Positions 12,766 through 25,129 of a DNA stretch of 64,000 nucleotides are shown here, in pieces; the stretch's first letter is position 1, and each line of letters begins with the position of its first letter. The DNA comes from Macrostomum hystrix (taxonomy: Eukaryota > Animalia > Platyhelminthes): contig CATNEN010000001.1 of the NCBI GenBank assembly GCA_950097015.1, forward strand, positions 5,766,001 through 5,830,000, read 5' to 3'. The notes beneath the pieces are model-generated. The model saw only the letters and a list, made by a program, of their open reading frames with translations. It was not told where the DNA came from and did no database searches. A program made the translations under genes and the position numbers.

Positions 12766-13276
12766 GTCCCGCCTAAAACTATACATATAAAGTCTAGTTA
12801 GTCTCGCCTGTATGGTCATGCTTTTCTCTAGAATTTCTTTGTTCCTTTGAAGTTGCAAAGTTTCTTTGAGGTTTTCCTAGAAACTTCTTATTGGAACATT
12901 GTAGATAATAATCCATGAGAACGTTTCACAACGGGTACTTTAGCATCCAGTAATCTGAGTAATGCGTAACCCCAACATCAACTATCTTGAGGAGAATTTT
13001 TAACCAAGATAGCTGATAGGAATACACGCTATAGTTATATACTTGAAGAAGCCTGTCCTACGAAAAAGTACAAATCAACTTTCACACGTAGTGCAAACAC
13101 GCGAGCTAAAAAGGGCTGGCCGATTTAGTTATATATTTGGAAAACTCAAACAGACTACTAGCTAATATATAATACATATTATATATGTACGGCCTTCATA
13201 TGCTTTGTAGCTTATCAGCTCCACTCATCACCTACGGAGCAGATAAGACAGCTTGCTGCCTCAACTCCTCCTCAAT

Positions 13277-13975
13277 CTTTCTGCCCTCTCTTCTCTCCCC
13301 AGTCTTTCTCCCACCCTCTTCTCTCCCCAGTCTTTCTCCCCTCTCTTCTCTCCCCAGTCTTTCTTCCCTCTCTTCTCTCCCCAGTTTTTCTTCCCTCTCT
13401 TCTCTCCCCAGTCTTTCTTCCCTCTCTTCTCTCCCCAGTCTTTCTTCCCTCTCTTCTCTCCCCAGTCTTTCTCCCACCCTCTTCTCTCCCCAGTCTTTCT
13501 CCCCTCTCTTCTCTCCCCAGTCTTTCTTCCCTCTCTTCTCTCCCCAGTCTTTCTTCCCTCTCTTCTTTCCCCAGTCTTTCTCCCCTCTCTTCTCTCCCCA
13601 GTCTTTCTTCCCTCTCTTCTTTCCCCAGTCTTTCTCCCCTCTCTTCTCTCCCCAGTCTTTCTCCCCTCTCTTCTCTCCCCAGTCTTTCTCCCCTCTCTTC
13701 TTTCCCCAGTCTTTCTCCCCTCTCTTCTCTCCCCAGTCTTTCTCCCACCCTCTTCTCTCCCCAGTCTTTCTTCCCTCTCTTCTCTCCCCAGTCTTTCTTC
13801 CCTCTCTTCTCTCCCCAGTCTTTCTCCCCTCTCTTCTCTTTCCAGTCTTTCTCCCCTCTCTTCTCTTCCCAGTCTTTCTCCCCTCTCTTCTCTTTCCAGT
13901 CTTTCTCCCCTCTCTTCTCTTTCCAGTCTTTCTCCCCTCTCTTCTCTTCCTAGTCTTTCTCCCCTCTCTTCTGTC
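13277..13975. repeat. 28-bp polypyrimidine minisatellite (CCAGTCTTTCTCCCCTCTCTTCTCTCCC)n
   Basis: Read directly; explains the low-complexity ORFs at 13185-14162. Confidence 0.95.
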
Positions 13976-14356
13976 TCCAAACTTTCTCAACCCTCTCCAA
14001 TCTATCTTGTCTTTCCTTTATCGAAATTTAATGGCGCCTCCAGCCGTTGCTTTAAGATTTGTTCCTCAATTCTGGGACTCCATAATAATCGAACCCGAAT
14101 CGTCCCCTGGGGCTAACAAACTGATTGTCTGTCTCACTGTAGTGCCTAACCGATCTAGTTAAATGAAAGAGATTGACAGAAGAGATGAATTAGTCTGAGA
14201 TTGGAGCCGTTTGGCCAGACTTCTAGAAGGCAGCCTCGATTTAACGAGCTAATTTTTTCAAATTGGGAGCTTTTGAGTTCAGGTGCACTTTTGTAGATAC
14301 AGCTGCGTAAACTGGGAACACGAACTGAGATGGGATTCTGGGTAAGATTATTTTAA

Positions 14357-14848
14357 GATAAGATGAGATGAGATGAGATGAGATGAATTGAGCTGAGATG
14401 AGATGAGATGAGATGAGATGAATTGAGATGAGATGAGATGAGATGAGATGATATGAATTGAGATTAGATGAGATAAGATGAGATGAGATGGCATGAGATG
14501 AGATGAGATGAGATGAGATGAATTGAATGAGATGAGATGAGATGAGATGAATTGAGACGAGATGAGATAGGATGAGGTGAGATGAGATGAGATGAGATGA
14601 GGTGAGATGAGATGAGATGAGATGGCATGAGATGAGATGAGATGAGATGGCATGAGATGAGATGAGATGAGATGGCATGATATGAGATGAGATGGCATGA
14701 GATGAGATGAGATGAGATGGCATGAGATGAGATGAGATGGCATGAGATGAGATGAGATGAGATGAGGTGAGATGAGATGAGATGAGATGAGATGAGATGA
14801 GATGAGATGAGATGAGATGAGATGAGATGAGATGAGATGAGATAAGAT
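14357..14848. repeat. (GAGAT)n pentanucleotide microsatellite
   Basis: Read directly. Confidence 0.97.
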
Positions 14849-15639
14849 TACAAAAGCTTAAACATACTAAGAAAGTACATATAAATCGAACTGAAATATT
14901 TCCCAGTTCCAGAATCCGTTAGTAAAGAAGTGAATTCTGTCCACAATGCTTTCCAGCAAAAAGCAGACTTTCACAATCATGGGACAGAGAGTAGAGCTAC
15001 TGGCTATCGACCTGCAATGCATTTAGAATTTACAACAACAACAGTCCTGGATAGACGCCAAACTATGCACTGTCAACAGATTCTACAGTTATGAAGGCTG
15101 AATTCTAGAAGAAGCGGGATACAGAAATGCGGAACAATTTTTGTCCCTCATGAAGCAAATCGGTAGGTAACGGAGCCTCTAACGCATGCTTCAATATTAT
15201 ACGTGCATGACGAAAGTTAAGAGCCCTGGCAGATGAAGAACTCAAACTCAGACTCAAACCGGCTCAAAGCAGTTTTACATTTTACTCAATAGATCGTAGA
15301 GCTAAACTCAATACAACCCACGCAATTCTTTTTGTACTTGAAAATTACTATTTAAAAGTTGCTTTTTTCGTCGAAAATTTTGTTTGAAAAATGTCTATTT
15401 CTCTATTTTGTTCGTTTTAGAATCCTTTTTTTCTGCAATGTTTTTTTCCTTACGATCCATCTGTACACTATGAGAACTGAAGATTAAAAAGTAACATTTA
15501 TTTATTCAAGGGTTCTATATTGTTACACATTGTTTTTCACATTCTTTTGTAATTAAACTGCAGTTTACTTGCTTTTCTACTTAAATTTACTCTAATTTCT
15601 CCGTATCCATGCATATCATTTACGAGGACTTTCTCGTAG

Positions 15640-16192
15640 CTTTCTCTCTAGTTTTCTCCAGTTTTCTCTAGTTTTCTCTAGTTCTCTCTAGTTTTCACTA
15701 GTTTTCTCTAGTTTTCTCTCGTTTTCTCTCGTTTTCTCTAGTTTTCTCTAGTTTTCACTAGTTTTCTCTAGTTTTCTCTAGTTTTCTCTAGTTTTCTCTA
15801 GCTTTCACTAGTTTTCTCTAGTTTTCTCTAGTTCTCTCTAGTTTTGTATCGTTTTCTCTAGTTTTCTTTAGTTTTCTCTAGTTTTCTCTAGTTTTCTCTA
15901 GTTTTCTCTAGTTTTCTTTAGTTTTCTCTAGTTTTCTCTAGTTTTCTCTAGTTTTCTCTAGTTTTCTTTAGTTTTCTCTAGTTTTCTTTAGTTTTCTCTA
16001 GTTTTCTCTAGTTTTCTCTAGTTTTCTCTCGTTTTCTCTAGTTTTCTCTAGTTTTCTCTAGTTTTCATTAGTTTTCTTTAGTTTTCACTAGTTTTCTCTA
16101 GTTTTCACTAGTTTTCTCTCGTTTTCTCTAGCTTTCACTAGTTTTCTCTAGTTTTCTCTAGTTTTCTCTAGTTTTCTCTCGTTTTCTCTAGT
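15640..16192. repeat. 10-bp repeat (GTTTTCTCTA)n
   Basis: Read directly. Confidence 0.97.
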
Positions 16193-16919
16193 CACGTTTT
16201 TAATAGTTTTCTTTCTGCCTGACACATGGCATTTTTCTAGATCCCAATCTATATTTCACTAGTTTTAAACCATCTACGTGCACTTTTAAGCGTACCTCCT
16301 ATAGCTTCTTAAGTCTAACCAAAGGTTTTTTGTAAATTTGCCAAATGTGAAAGTTTTTCAGCCACGTCTCTGAAACGTATATTTTAAAGAAAGAAAACCA
16401 TTTTGAGTTAGCCAGTTGACGAGGCTTCTTGAGCTTTATTGCGCGACCTTAGCAACAGCCTAGCAACGCAAGATTGTGGAGACAGAAATCAATTCTATTG
16501 TCTAAGTGACACTTCTATTATGCCTGCAGCTGTCAGCTACGAGATTTCTGCTCTTGGACTTGAAAAATCTGGCCATACTCACACTTCAAGACCTCACCGT
16601 TTAGAATTATAATGACTATTTTGTAGAGTATAAAAATATGCTTTTTGCTTGGACAAACTTTCTGCCCAAATTAGAAATCTCTGACTGCCTACCGAGTCAC
16701 TCATAAACTTACTCAATTCAACCAGGGAGAAAAATTGCACAAATCGATCAATATATTCCCATTTGTGCCCATTACTCACTTAGTATTTGAAAGTTCCAAG
16801 AGGATTGCAATAATAGCAACACTGGGATTAAACTGTTTGTAATAGATGCGTACGATATAGGATTATAATATCGACGGATTTATATAGCATGCTAAATGTA
16901 ATATTTAAGAACAATATCT

Positions 16920-17460
16920 CTCCTCCACTCTCCATCTCACCCTCTCTCTCCCCCACTGTCTCTCCTTCTCACCCTCTCTCTCCCCCACTGTCTCTCCTTC
17001 TCACCCACTCTCTCCTCCTGTCTCTCCTTCTCACCCTCTCTCTTCCACTCTGTCTCTCTTTCTCACCCCCTCTCTCCCCCACTGTCTCTCCTTCTCACCC
17101 TCTCTCTCCCCCACTGTCTCTCCTTCTCACCCTCTCTCTCCCCCACTGTCTCTCCTTCTCACCCTCTCTCTCCCCCACTGTCTCTCCTTCTCACCCACTC
17201 TCTCCTCCTGTCTCTCCTTCTCACCCTCTCTCTTCCACTCTGTCTCTCTTTCTCACCCCCTCTCTCCCCCACTGTCTCTCCTTCTCACCCTCTCTCTCCC
17301 CCACTGTCTCTCCTTCTCACCCTCTCTCTCCCCCACTGTCTCTCCTTCTCACCCTCTCTCTCCCCCACTGTCTCTCCTTCTCACCCTCTCTCTCCCCCAC
17401 TGTCTCTCCTTCTCACCCTCTCTCTCCCCCACTGTCTCTCCTTCTCACCCTCTCTCTCTT
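16920..17460. repeat. 32-bp polypyrimidine minisatellite (CCCCACTGTCTCTCCTTCTCACCCTCTCTCTC)n
   Basis: ACTGT at 17113 and 17145. Confidence 0.93.
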
Positions 17461-17964
17461 TCTTACAATCTGGCCCATGTTCTCTTACGTTAAAAATCTT
17501 TCGTATCTCTCAGTCTCTCTCCTCATTTCGCTTAATTCTTCCTCATTTCGCCTTCGACTTTCTTCTCTTCCCATCTTCTACTTAAAATGTAGAATTTCGA
17601 CAAGTAAATTATCATTTAATTGCGAAGGGTTTCGGGCACTCAACTAAATGGCTGTCTTGCTGTAGAAGTATAGAGTACAGTATTCTAGATATCATATTCT
17701 TACTGAGCTGTGAGTTCTTCCCGTGTCATTTGAACTTCAGTGACACAACTGACAGGGCGTGAGAAAACTGTACTCATGCTTGCTGGGCAATTTTTCATGT
17801 GCATGCAGCTGTTGGCAGCTATGCAGCTATGCAGCTGATAATTAAATCTCAAACCTAGGGTTCTCTAACTCACAGCTGTACAAACTGAGGCCAAAGAACT
17901 CTCAAATCAGCGAAAAAATTCCAGTCTACGTCTAAAAATATTAGTCATTAAATCTCCCTTCCTA

Positions 17965-20150
17965 TCTGCAAATCTTTCATCTAATCTACAAATCTCATAT
18001 CTAATCTACAAATCTCACATCTAATCTGAAAATCTCATATCTAATCTGAAAAACTCACATCTAATCTACAAATCTCACAACTAATCTACAAATCTCACAT
18101 CTATTCTGCAAATCTCATATCTAATCTACAAATCTCACATCTAATCTAAAAAACTCACATCTAATCTACAAATCTCACATCTAATCTACAAATCTCACAT
18201 CTAATCTGCAAATCTCATATCTATTCTGCAAATCTCACATCTAATCTACAAATCTCATATGTAATCTACAAATCTCACATCTAATCTACAAATCTCACAT
18301 CTAATCTACAAATCTCACATCTAATCTACAAATCTCACATCTAATCTGCAAATCTCATATCCAATCTACAAATCTCATATCTAATCTACAAATCTCACAT
18401 CTATTCTGCAAATCTCATATCTAATCTACAAATCTCACATCTAATCTAAAAAACTCACATCTAATCTACAAATCTCACATCTAATCTACAAATCTCACAT
18501 CTAATCTGCAAATCTCATATCTATTCTGCAAATCTCACATCTAATCTACAAATCTCATATGTAATCTACAAATCTCACATCTAATCTACAAATCTCACAT
18601 CTAATCTACAAATCTCACATCTAATCTACAAATCTCACATCTAATCTGCAAATCTCATATCCAATCTACAAATCTCATATCTAATCTACAAATCTCACAT
18701 CTATTCTGCAAATCTCATATCTAATCTACAAATCTCACATCTAATCTAAAAAACTCACATCTAATCTACAAATCTCACATCTAATCTACAAATCTCACAT
18801 CTAATCTGCAAATCTCATATCTATTCTGCAAATCTCACATCTAATCTACAAATCTCATATGTAATCTACAAATCTCACATCTGATCTGCAAATCTCATAT
18901 CTATTCTGCAAATCTCACATCTAATCTACAAATCTCATATCTAATCTACAAATCTCATATCTAATCTGCAAATCTCACATCTATTCTGCAAATCTCATAT
19001 CTATTCTAAAAAACTCACATCTAATCTGCAAATCTCATATGTAATCTGCAAATGTCACATCTAATCTACAAATCTCATATCTAATCTACAAATCTCACAT
19101 CTAATCTACAAATCTCATATCTATTCTGCAAATCTCACATCTAATCTACAAATCTCACATCTAATCTACAAATCTCACATCTAATCTGCAAATCTCATAT
19201 CTATTCTGCAAATCTCACATCTAATCTACAAATCTCATATGTAATCTACAAATTTCACATCTAATCTACAAATCTCACATCTAATCTACAAATCTCACAT
19301 CTAATCTACAAATCTCACATCTAATCTACAAATCTCACATCTAATCTACAAATCTCACATCTAATCTACAAATCTCACATCTAATCTACAAATCTCACAT
19401 CTAATCTACAAATCTCATATGTAATCTACAAATTTCACATCTAATCTACAAATCTCACATCTAATCTACAAATCTCACATCTAATCTACAAATCTCATAT
19501 GTAATCTACAAATTTCACATCTAATCTACAAATCTCATATGTAATCTACAAATCTCATATGTAATCTACAAATTTCACATCTAATCTACAAATCTCACAT
19601 CTAATCTACAAATCTCACATCTAATCTACAAATCTCATATGTAATCTACAAATTTCACATCTAATCTACAAATCTCACATCTAATCTACAAATCTCACAT
19701 CTAATCTACAAATCTCACATCTAATCTACAAATCTCATATGTAATCTACAAATCTCACATCTAATCTACAAATCTCATATGTAATCTACTAATCTCATAT
19801 GTAATCTACAAATTTCACATCTAATCTACAAATCTCACATCTAATCTACAAATCTCACATCTAATCTACAAATCTCACATCTATTCTGCAAATCTCATAT
19901 CTAATCTAAAAAACTCACATCTAATCTACAAATCTCACATCTAATCTACAAATCTCACATCTAATCTGCAAATCTCATATCTATTCTGCAAATCTCACAT
20001 CTAATCTACAAATCTCATATGTAATCTACAAATCTCACATCTGATCTGCAAATCTCATATCTATTCTGCAAATCTCACATCTAATCTACAAATCTCATAT
20101 CTAATCTACAAATCTCATATCTAATCTGCAAATCTCAAAAGTAATCTAAA
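17965..20150. repeat. 20-bp satellite (CTAATCTACAAATCTCACAT)n, ~108 units, with a 300-bp higher-order repeat
   Basis: Lines starting 18121, 18421 and 18721 are identical, including the rare AAAAAACTC variant. Confidence 0.97.
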
Positions 20151-20759
20151 AATATCCCTTCGAATATTCAAATCCCATATGCAATCTAGCAGTCGGCTTT
20201 CTTTTCAAATTATCCTCCATTCACATGAATTTAATTTCATAAATTTTCTAATAAGACCAACCAATGGCAGGTCTCATTGTATGAATTTCTGATCAGTCCA
20301 TGAGAAATCCCAATGAGAATAAATGTGCTCATTCATGCAGGCATTTTATCCCAGCCGATTCTGGCTTTCCCTCACGATTGGGTAATTACTTTCGGTTCAG
20401 TAATGCGAGCCACGATCGAACTGTGCTACATAATGACCAACTTCAGAATGAGAAGAATTCTTTTCGGCTGGTTAGAAAATATGGCTAGAAATTAATTATA
20501 TAGTTTTACAAGGCTATTTAATACACACGGCTGCCAGGCTGGATGCACCGCAATGACTTTAATTAGGTTTGGTGTCTGTCCTGCCTTTTGTTATTAGCGT
20601 ATACTCATTCGTGATTTAACGAAGTCTGAATAAAAATATCTGATTACCTTAAATCTATTCAAGATTCAGAAGATATCGATATTAAAATTAAAGAACTTTA
20701 ATATGAGGACACTAATATCATGACAAATATCTTTAGCTGGAATGCCAAGTACAAACTAG

Positions 20760-21116
20760 TTAATAATAATTGCAGGATGCTGCGGGCAATGGCACATCAT
20801 TTATTTGGTGACACCAGACCCGCAGCCAGCTAGGAGGCAATGCTGCCCATTTCACTGACTCCTGAGCACACACGCACACAGATACTGTACGCAGGCACAC
20901 TCTCACACAGGTGTGTACATCTGCCGTGACTTTCTCATCGTCAGGCAGTGTACACTCTTACTTTGGAGGTTGGCCCTCAAAGGGCGTCAATTTCACGACG
21001 AACCCCCAAGCCTTCTCTCCGCGGCTGCGCCCCAAATGAATGTGGCCTCGCCGCGGAATCGAACTCAGGGACCTTGGTGCGAGAGGCAAACGCGTAAGAC
21101 CGCTCTGCCACTCACC
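20760..21116 (-). mobile_element. tRNA-derived SINE, family B, near full length with (TTA)n tail
   Basis: A/B boxes at the right end, shared body, TAATAATAAT tail at ~20760. Confidence 0.85.
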
Positions 21117-22057
21117 GCCTTACAACCTGAATATCGAAGTCGAAGTCGAATAAACTGTCAGTCGAAGAAAACCTGATGTCGTGTCCGAATATCCGAAACC
21201 CTGAAGAAAAGTCTTTAAATTATTATTACTTCGATTAAATCTCTTTTTGAAGTTAGCAGCTAAATAATCAACTAATTGTCTCACTCGGCCCTCGGGTCTG
21301 AGTAGTCTGAAGTCTGAAATTTTCTTAGTGGATTAGCCAGTAGCTAGGATTACCGCTGGCCTAATACTCCTTAATCAGTAATCCCTATAATCAGCTGGAA
21401 AATCCACATAGATTCTGTGAGATAAAATTGAAGTAAATTCTTGTTGAAAGATTTGAGAGGAAGCCTTGATTTTGAAAATATGACTGCGTAAAATGGAGTA
21501 TTAATTTGATAATTAAACTCAAAGTATTTTTTTAAGATCTTAAAGAGAAATTTTTTAAAAATCTTCTTTCCTTATGTTACATTTATTAAAGTTATCAAAA
21601 AGAACACAGCTGCTGATGCAAACAAAACATCACATTGATGTGTCTGAATATAAATAGTAGAACACATAAAAAGCTTCAAATTATTGTTTGACTGCCATTA
21701 GTTTTTTAGCCAGTGGAGAAAAAAGAAAAAATACTTAAAAAGCTGAAAAAAATTAACACAGAAAATAAAACTGTGTGATAAAACTTATCAAAGAAGAAAA
21801 TTTTTTCACATTTTTCCACTTTTTCGTAGATCATAAATAACGACTTCGTTAAAATATATTCGCGCAAGTTTAAAATAACAAACCGTAAGAAAACTTGGTG
21901 GAAACAACTTAGAAAAAGACAATCAGAAAAATAATGAAACAATGAAAAGGAGCCTAAATATTTATAAGCCATTAAAAAATGTTAAAAAATGAACCAGTTA
22001 AAGCAAATTTAAAAGTCCTTAAGTCTGTACGTGTTTTTGTTGCCAACCGAAATCTCA

Positions 22058-24546
22058 TCAGTTTTCACGGATTAGCGACGCTCTCGACTGCGCGTTAACG
22101 TCCGACGGCATCGGGAACCGGTAGTTGCTGGGCACAATGCCAGCCCTTTGCCAACCGAAACAGGCGCGAATCACTTCCTTGGCTGCGTTCACCGTCATCT
22201 CGCTCTGCACCGGGTTGCCAAGATCCGGGTTGACCTCAGTGAGGTCGACCACTTTTAGGCACCCTTTGAATTGTCGGATGAAATAATGACATCAACATCT
22301 AGACAGCAATGCTCTGAGCAGGTAAGCAATAATAATAAACTAGAACTAGTTATTTGCAGTCAAGTGGATAGAACTTCGGACTTTTGGCGCATTTGGTCGT
22401 CGGGGGTTCGAATCTTAGATCCAAAGAAATCAATTATTTTAACTTACCGGTTCTGTGCACCTCCTCGGCAATGTACAGACCCTCTCGCAGGGTCAGTCCA
22501 GCTGGTACCGGGGTTCCAGTGCACTTGGCGAAGCCGGGATCGAGCGAGTCGATGTCGAAGCTGAGATGAATCGGCCTCTTGAAGCCCGGGTTGATTTCTT
22601 GAAGGCTGCGTCGGACAACCTCCTGAATGCCGAGATGGTCGACCTCCTGCATGCCGTAGTATGTGACGCCGAATTTATCTAGCAGGTATCGCTCGCCGGG
22701 GTCGATGTCGCGCAAACCGATGAAGGCGATGTCCTTGATGCTGATGCTGCGTTAAAATGTTGATTGTGCTACTACGTAAATAAAGTCAGTAGGATAGTTT
22801 GAACATAGATTGTATTTTTTATACAAATCACTCACCATGGCTTCAATTCGTCGAACTCTTCCATTCTGGGCACAAATTCTTGCAGCTCGTTGATCAGGAA
22901 TGACAGCGGCATGCCGTGGACATTGCCAGTGCTGCTAGTCAGGCAGGTGTTGCAATCAGCGTGAGCGTCAATCCACAGCAGCACCATGTCCTTGTTGACC
23001 TGAGCGTGACCATGAACTGTTCCCAGACTAACCGAATGGTCTCCGCCGATGCAAAAGAGGATATTTTCCACACCCTGATGAGCCAGAGCAGACTGCACTG
23101 ACTGCGAGATGTTCAGGGCGTTCTCGGCGTGCGTGCGCGGATGTCGGAGTCCGAATTTGGGTGGATCCGGGAACACCTCGGTGACGCGCATGTCGCCGTA
23201 GTCGACTAGTTCAATGCCCATCGCCTGGAGCGCATTGGTGCGGTTTATTGTAAACTAGAACGCCTTGTACTTTTAACTGATTTATCCGTAATAACTTAAA
23301 TCTAGCGATCTGTCGATGAGATATCTAGCCACGTCTCTATGAGATATCTAGCCACGTCTCTATGAGATATCTAGCCACGTCTCTATGAGATATCTAGCCA
23401 TGCCTCATGTCTCTATGAGATATCTAGCCATGTCTCCATGAGATATCTAGCCACGTCTCTATGAGATATCTAGCCACGTCTCTATGAGATATCTAGCCAT
23501 GCCTCATGTCTCTATGAGATATCTAGCCATGTCTCTATGAGATATCTAACCACGTCTCAATGAGATATCTAGCCACGTCTCTATGAGATATCTAGCCACG
23601 TCTCTATGAGATATCTAGCCATGCCTCATGTCTCTATGAGCTATCTAGCCATGCCTCATGTCTCTATGAGATATCTAGCCATGTCTCCATGAGATATCTA
23701 GCCACGTCTCTATGAGATATCTAGCCACGTCTCTATGAGATATCTAGCCATGCCTCATGTCTCTATGAGATATCTAGCCATGTCTCTATGAGATATCTAG
23801 CCACGTCTCTATGAGATATCTAGCCACGTCTCTATGAGATATCTAGCCATGCCTCATGTCTCTATGAGATATCTAGCCATGCCTCATGTCTCTATGAGAT
23901 ATCTAGCCATGTCTCATGTCTCTATGAGATATCTAGCCATGTCTCATGTCTCTATAAGATATCTAGCCATGTCTCATGTCTCTATGAGATATCTAGCCAC
24001 GTCTCTATGAGATATCTAGCCATGCCTCATGTCTCTATGAGATATCTAGCCATGTCTCATGTCTCTATAAGATATCTAGCCATGTCTCATGTCTCTATGA
24101 GATATCTACAGACCTGTCTATCTATCTATCTATCGATCTGTCAGTGAGATCTATCGATCTGTCCATGAGATCTATCGATCTGTCCATGAGATCAATTTAC
24201 CTCTCTATAAAATCTATCTCATTTGCTAGATCTATCCATCTGTTTGAAGTCAGTAGATCTAGTCTAGGCGATCTAGCTAAAAGTCCCTATGGCAGCGCAT
24301 GGGTCAGGTGTATCTCACCTGGACACTCTCAAACAGGCCGCTGCGTCGGATGGCCTGCGGTCCCAGCCGCACGCCGCTATTTGGCTGGCCCAAATTGGTG
24401 GGAAATCCGATAATTCCCACCTGCTTGTAAAGCGGCTCTCGGATTGAACGGCCGCTAGCGTTGCTGCTGCTTCTAGTGGAAGCCAACTGAGGAAGGCGAC
24501 CGATGCCCAGCTGAGCTAGGTATCTGGTTCCAAACAGCTTCAACAT
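22058..24546 (-). CDS. ARG: Arginase (ureohydrolase family), probably mitochondrial/ARG2-like, ~373 aa
   Basis: Exons 24546-24319, 23224-22836, 22746-22448, 22263-22058 with consistent GT-AG phases. Motifs GGDHS, WIDAHAD, SGN-like STGNVHGMP, GLRD, SFDIDSLDP, TGTPVPAGLTLREG, DLTEVNP. The N-terminus is Arg/Ser/Leu-rich and lacks acidic residues, like a mitochondrial presequence. Confidence 0.95.
22355..22423 (+). mobile_element. Degenerate tRNA-like SINE head in arginase intron 3
   Basis: CAGTCAAGTGGATAG ... GGGGGTTCGAATC A/B-box spacing, no intact cloverleaf. Confidence 0.4.
23316..24108. repeat. 23/30-bp minisatellite (ATGAGATATCTAGCCACGTCTCT)n in arginase intron 1
   Basis: Read directly; 30-bp units carry a 7-bp internal duplication. 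Confidence 0.95.
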
Positions 24547-25129
24547 TCCTTATCTTCAATGTGGATTGATTCGAATCCAATATCGAAATTGATACAATGC
24601 GTGTAAATATCTTCACAATAAGCAGTTGAGTCAGTTAAATAGGGGATCACTTCCAATGGTCTTGCTTTAGGAAGGAGTGGCCAATTTGTTTTGCAGCTGA
24701 AGGAAAAAACCCCGATCGATTTATATTTCTACCATTGTTCCACATTGCTCGGAGACCAATGCGAAAGCTTAACTAGATTATAAATTGAAAGGCAGCTTAT
24801 TGAGTAAGCTGGACTAGAGAAATAACCCTGGAAATTTTCAGTTTAGTTAAAAAATTTAACAGCACCCAGGCTGAATCATGATTCACTGCTCAAAACCCAG
24901 TAAGCACGTGGACTCAAATTCCACTGGAACAGTTGAGTCGGAGCCGGATAGTTGCATAACAAACTCAGGACTGAAATCTTTGCTATGGGAAAATTTCGCA
25001 CTTTAACCTTCAGGTGTCTTTCTTAGAAAATTTTCTGGTGCAACTTTCTCAGCGGGGTCATATTTACTTTGAAACTTTTCACGTTTTAGTCGATTCCTTT
25101 GCACAGCCCAACTTGTATAAAACTTGATT

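Noticed and set aside
13185-14743. Low-complexity ORFs (SLSSLP, GREERGERL, HLISS)
   Set aside because: Produced by the 28-bp and GAGAT repeats.
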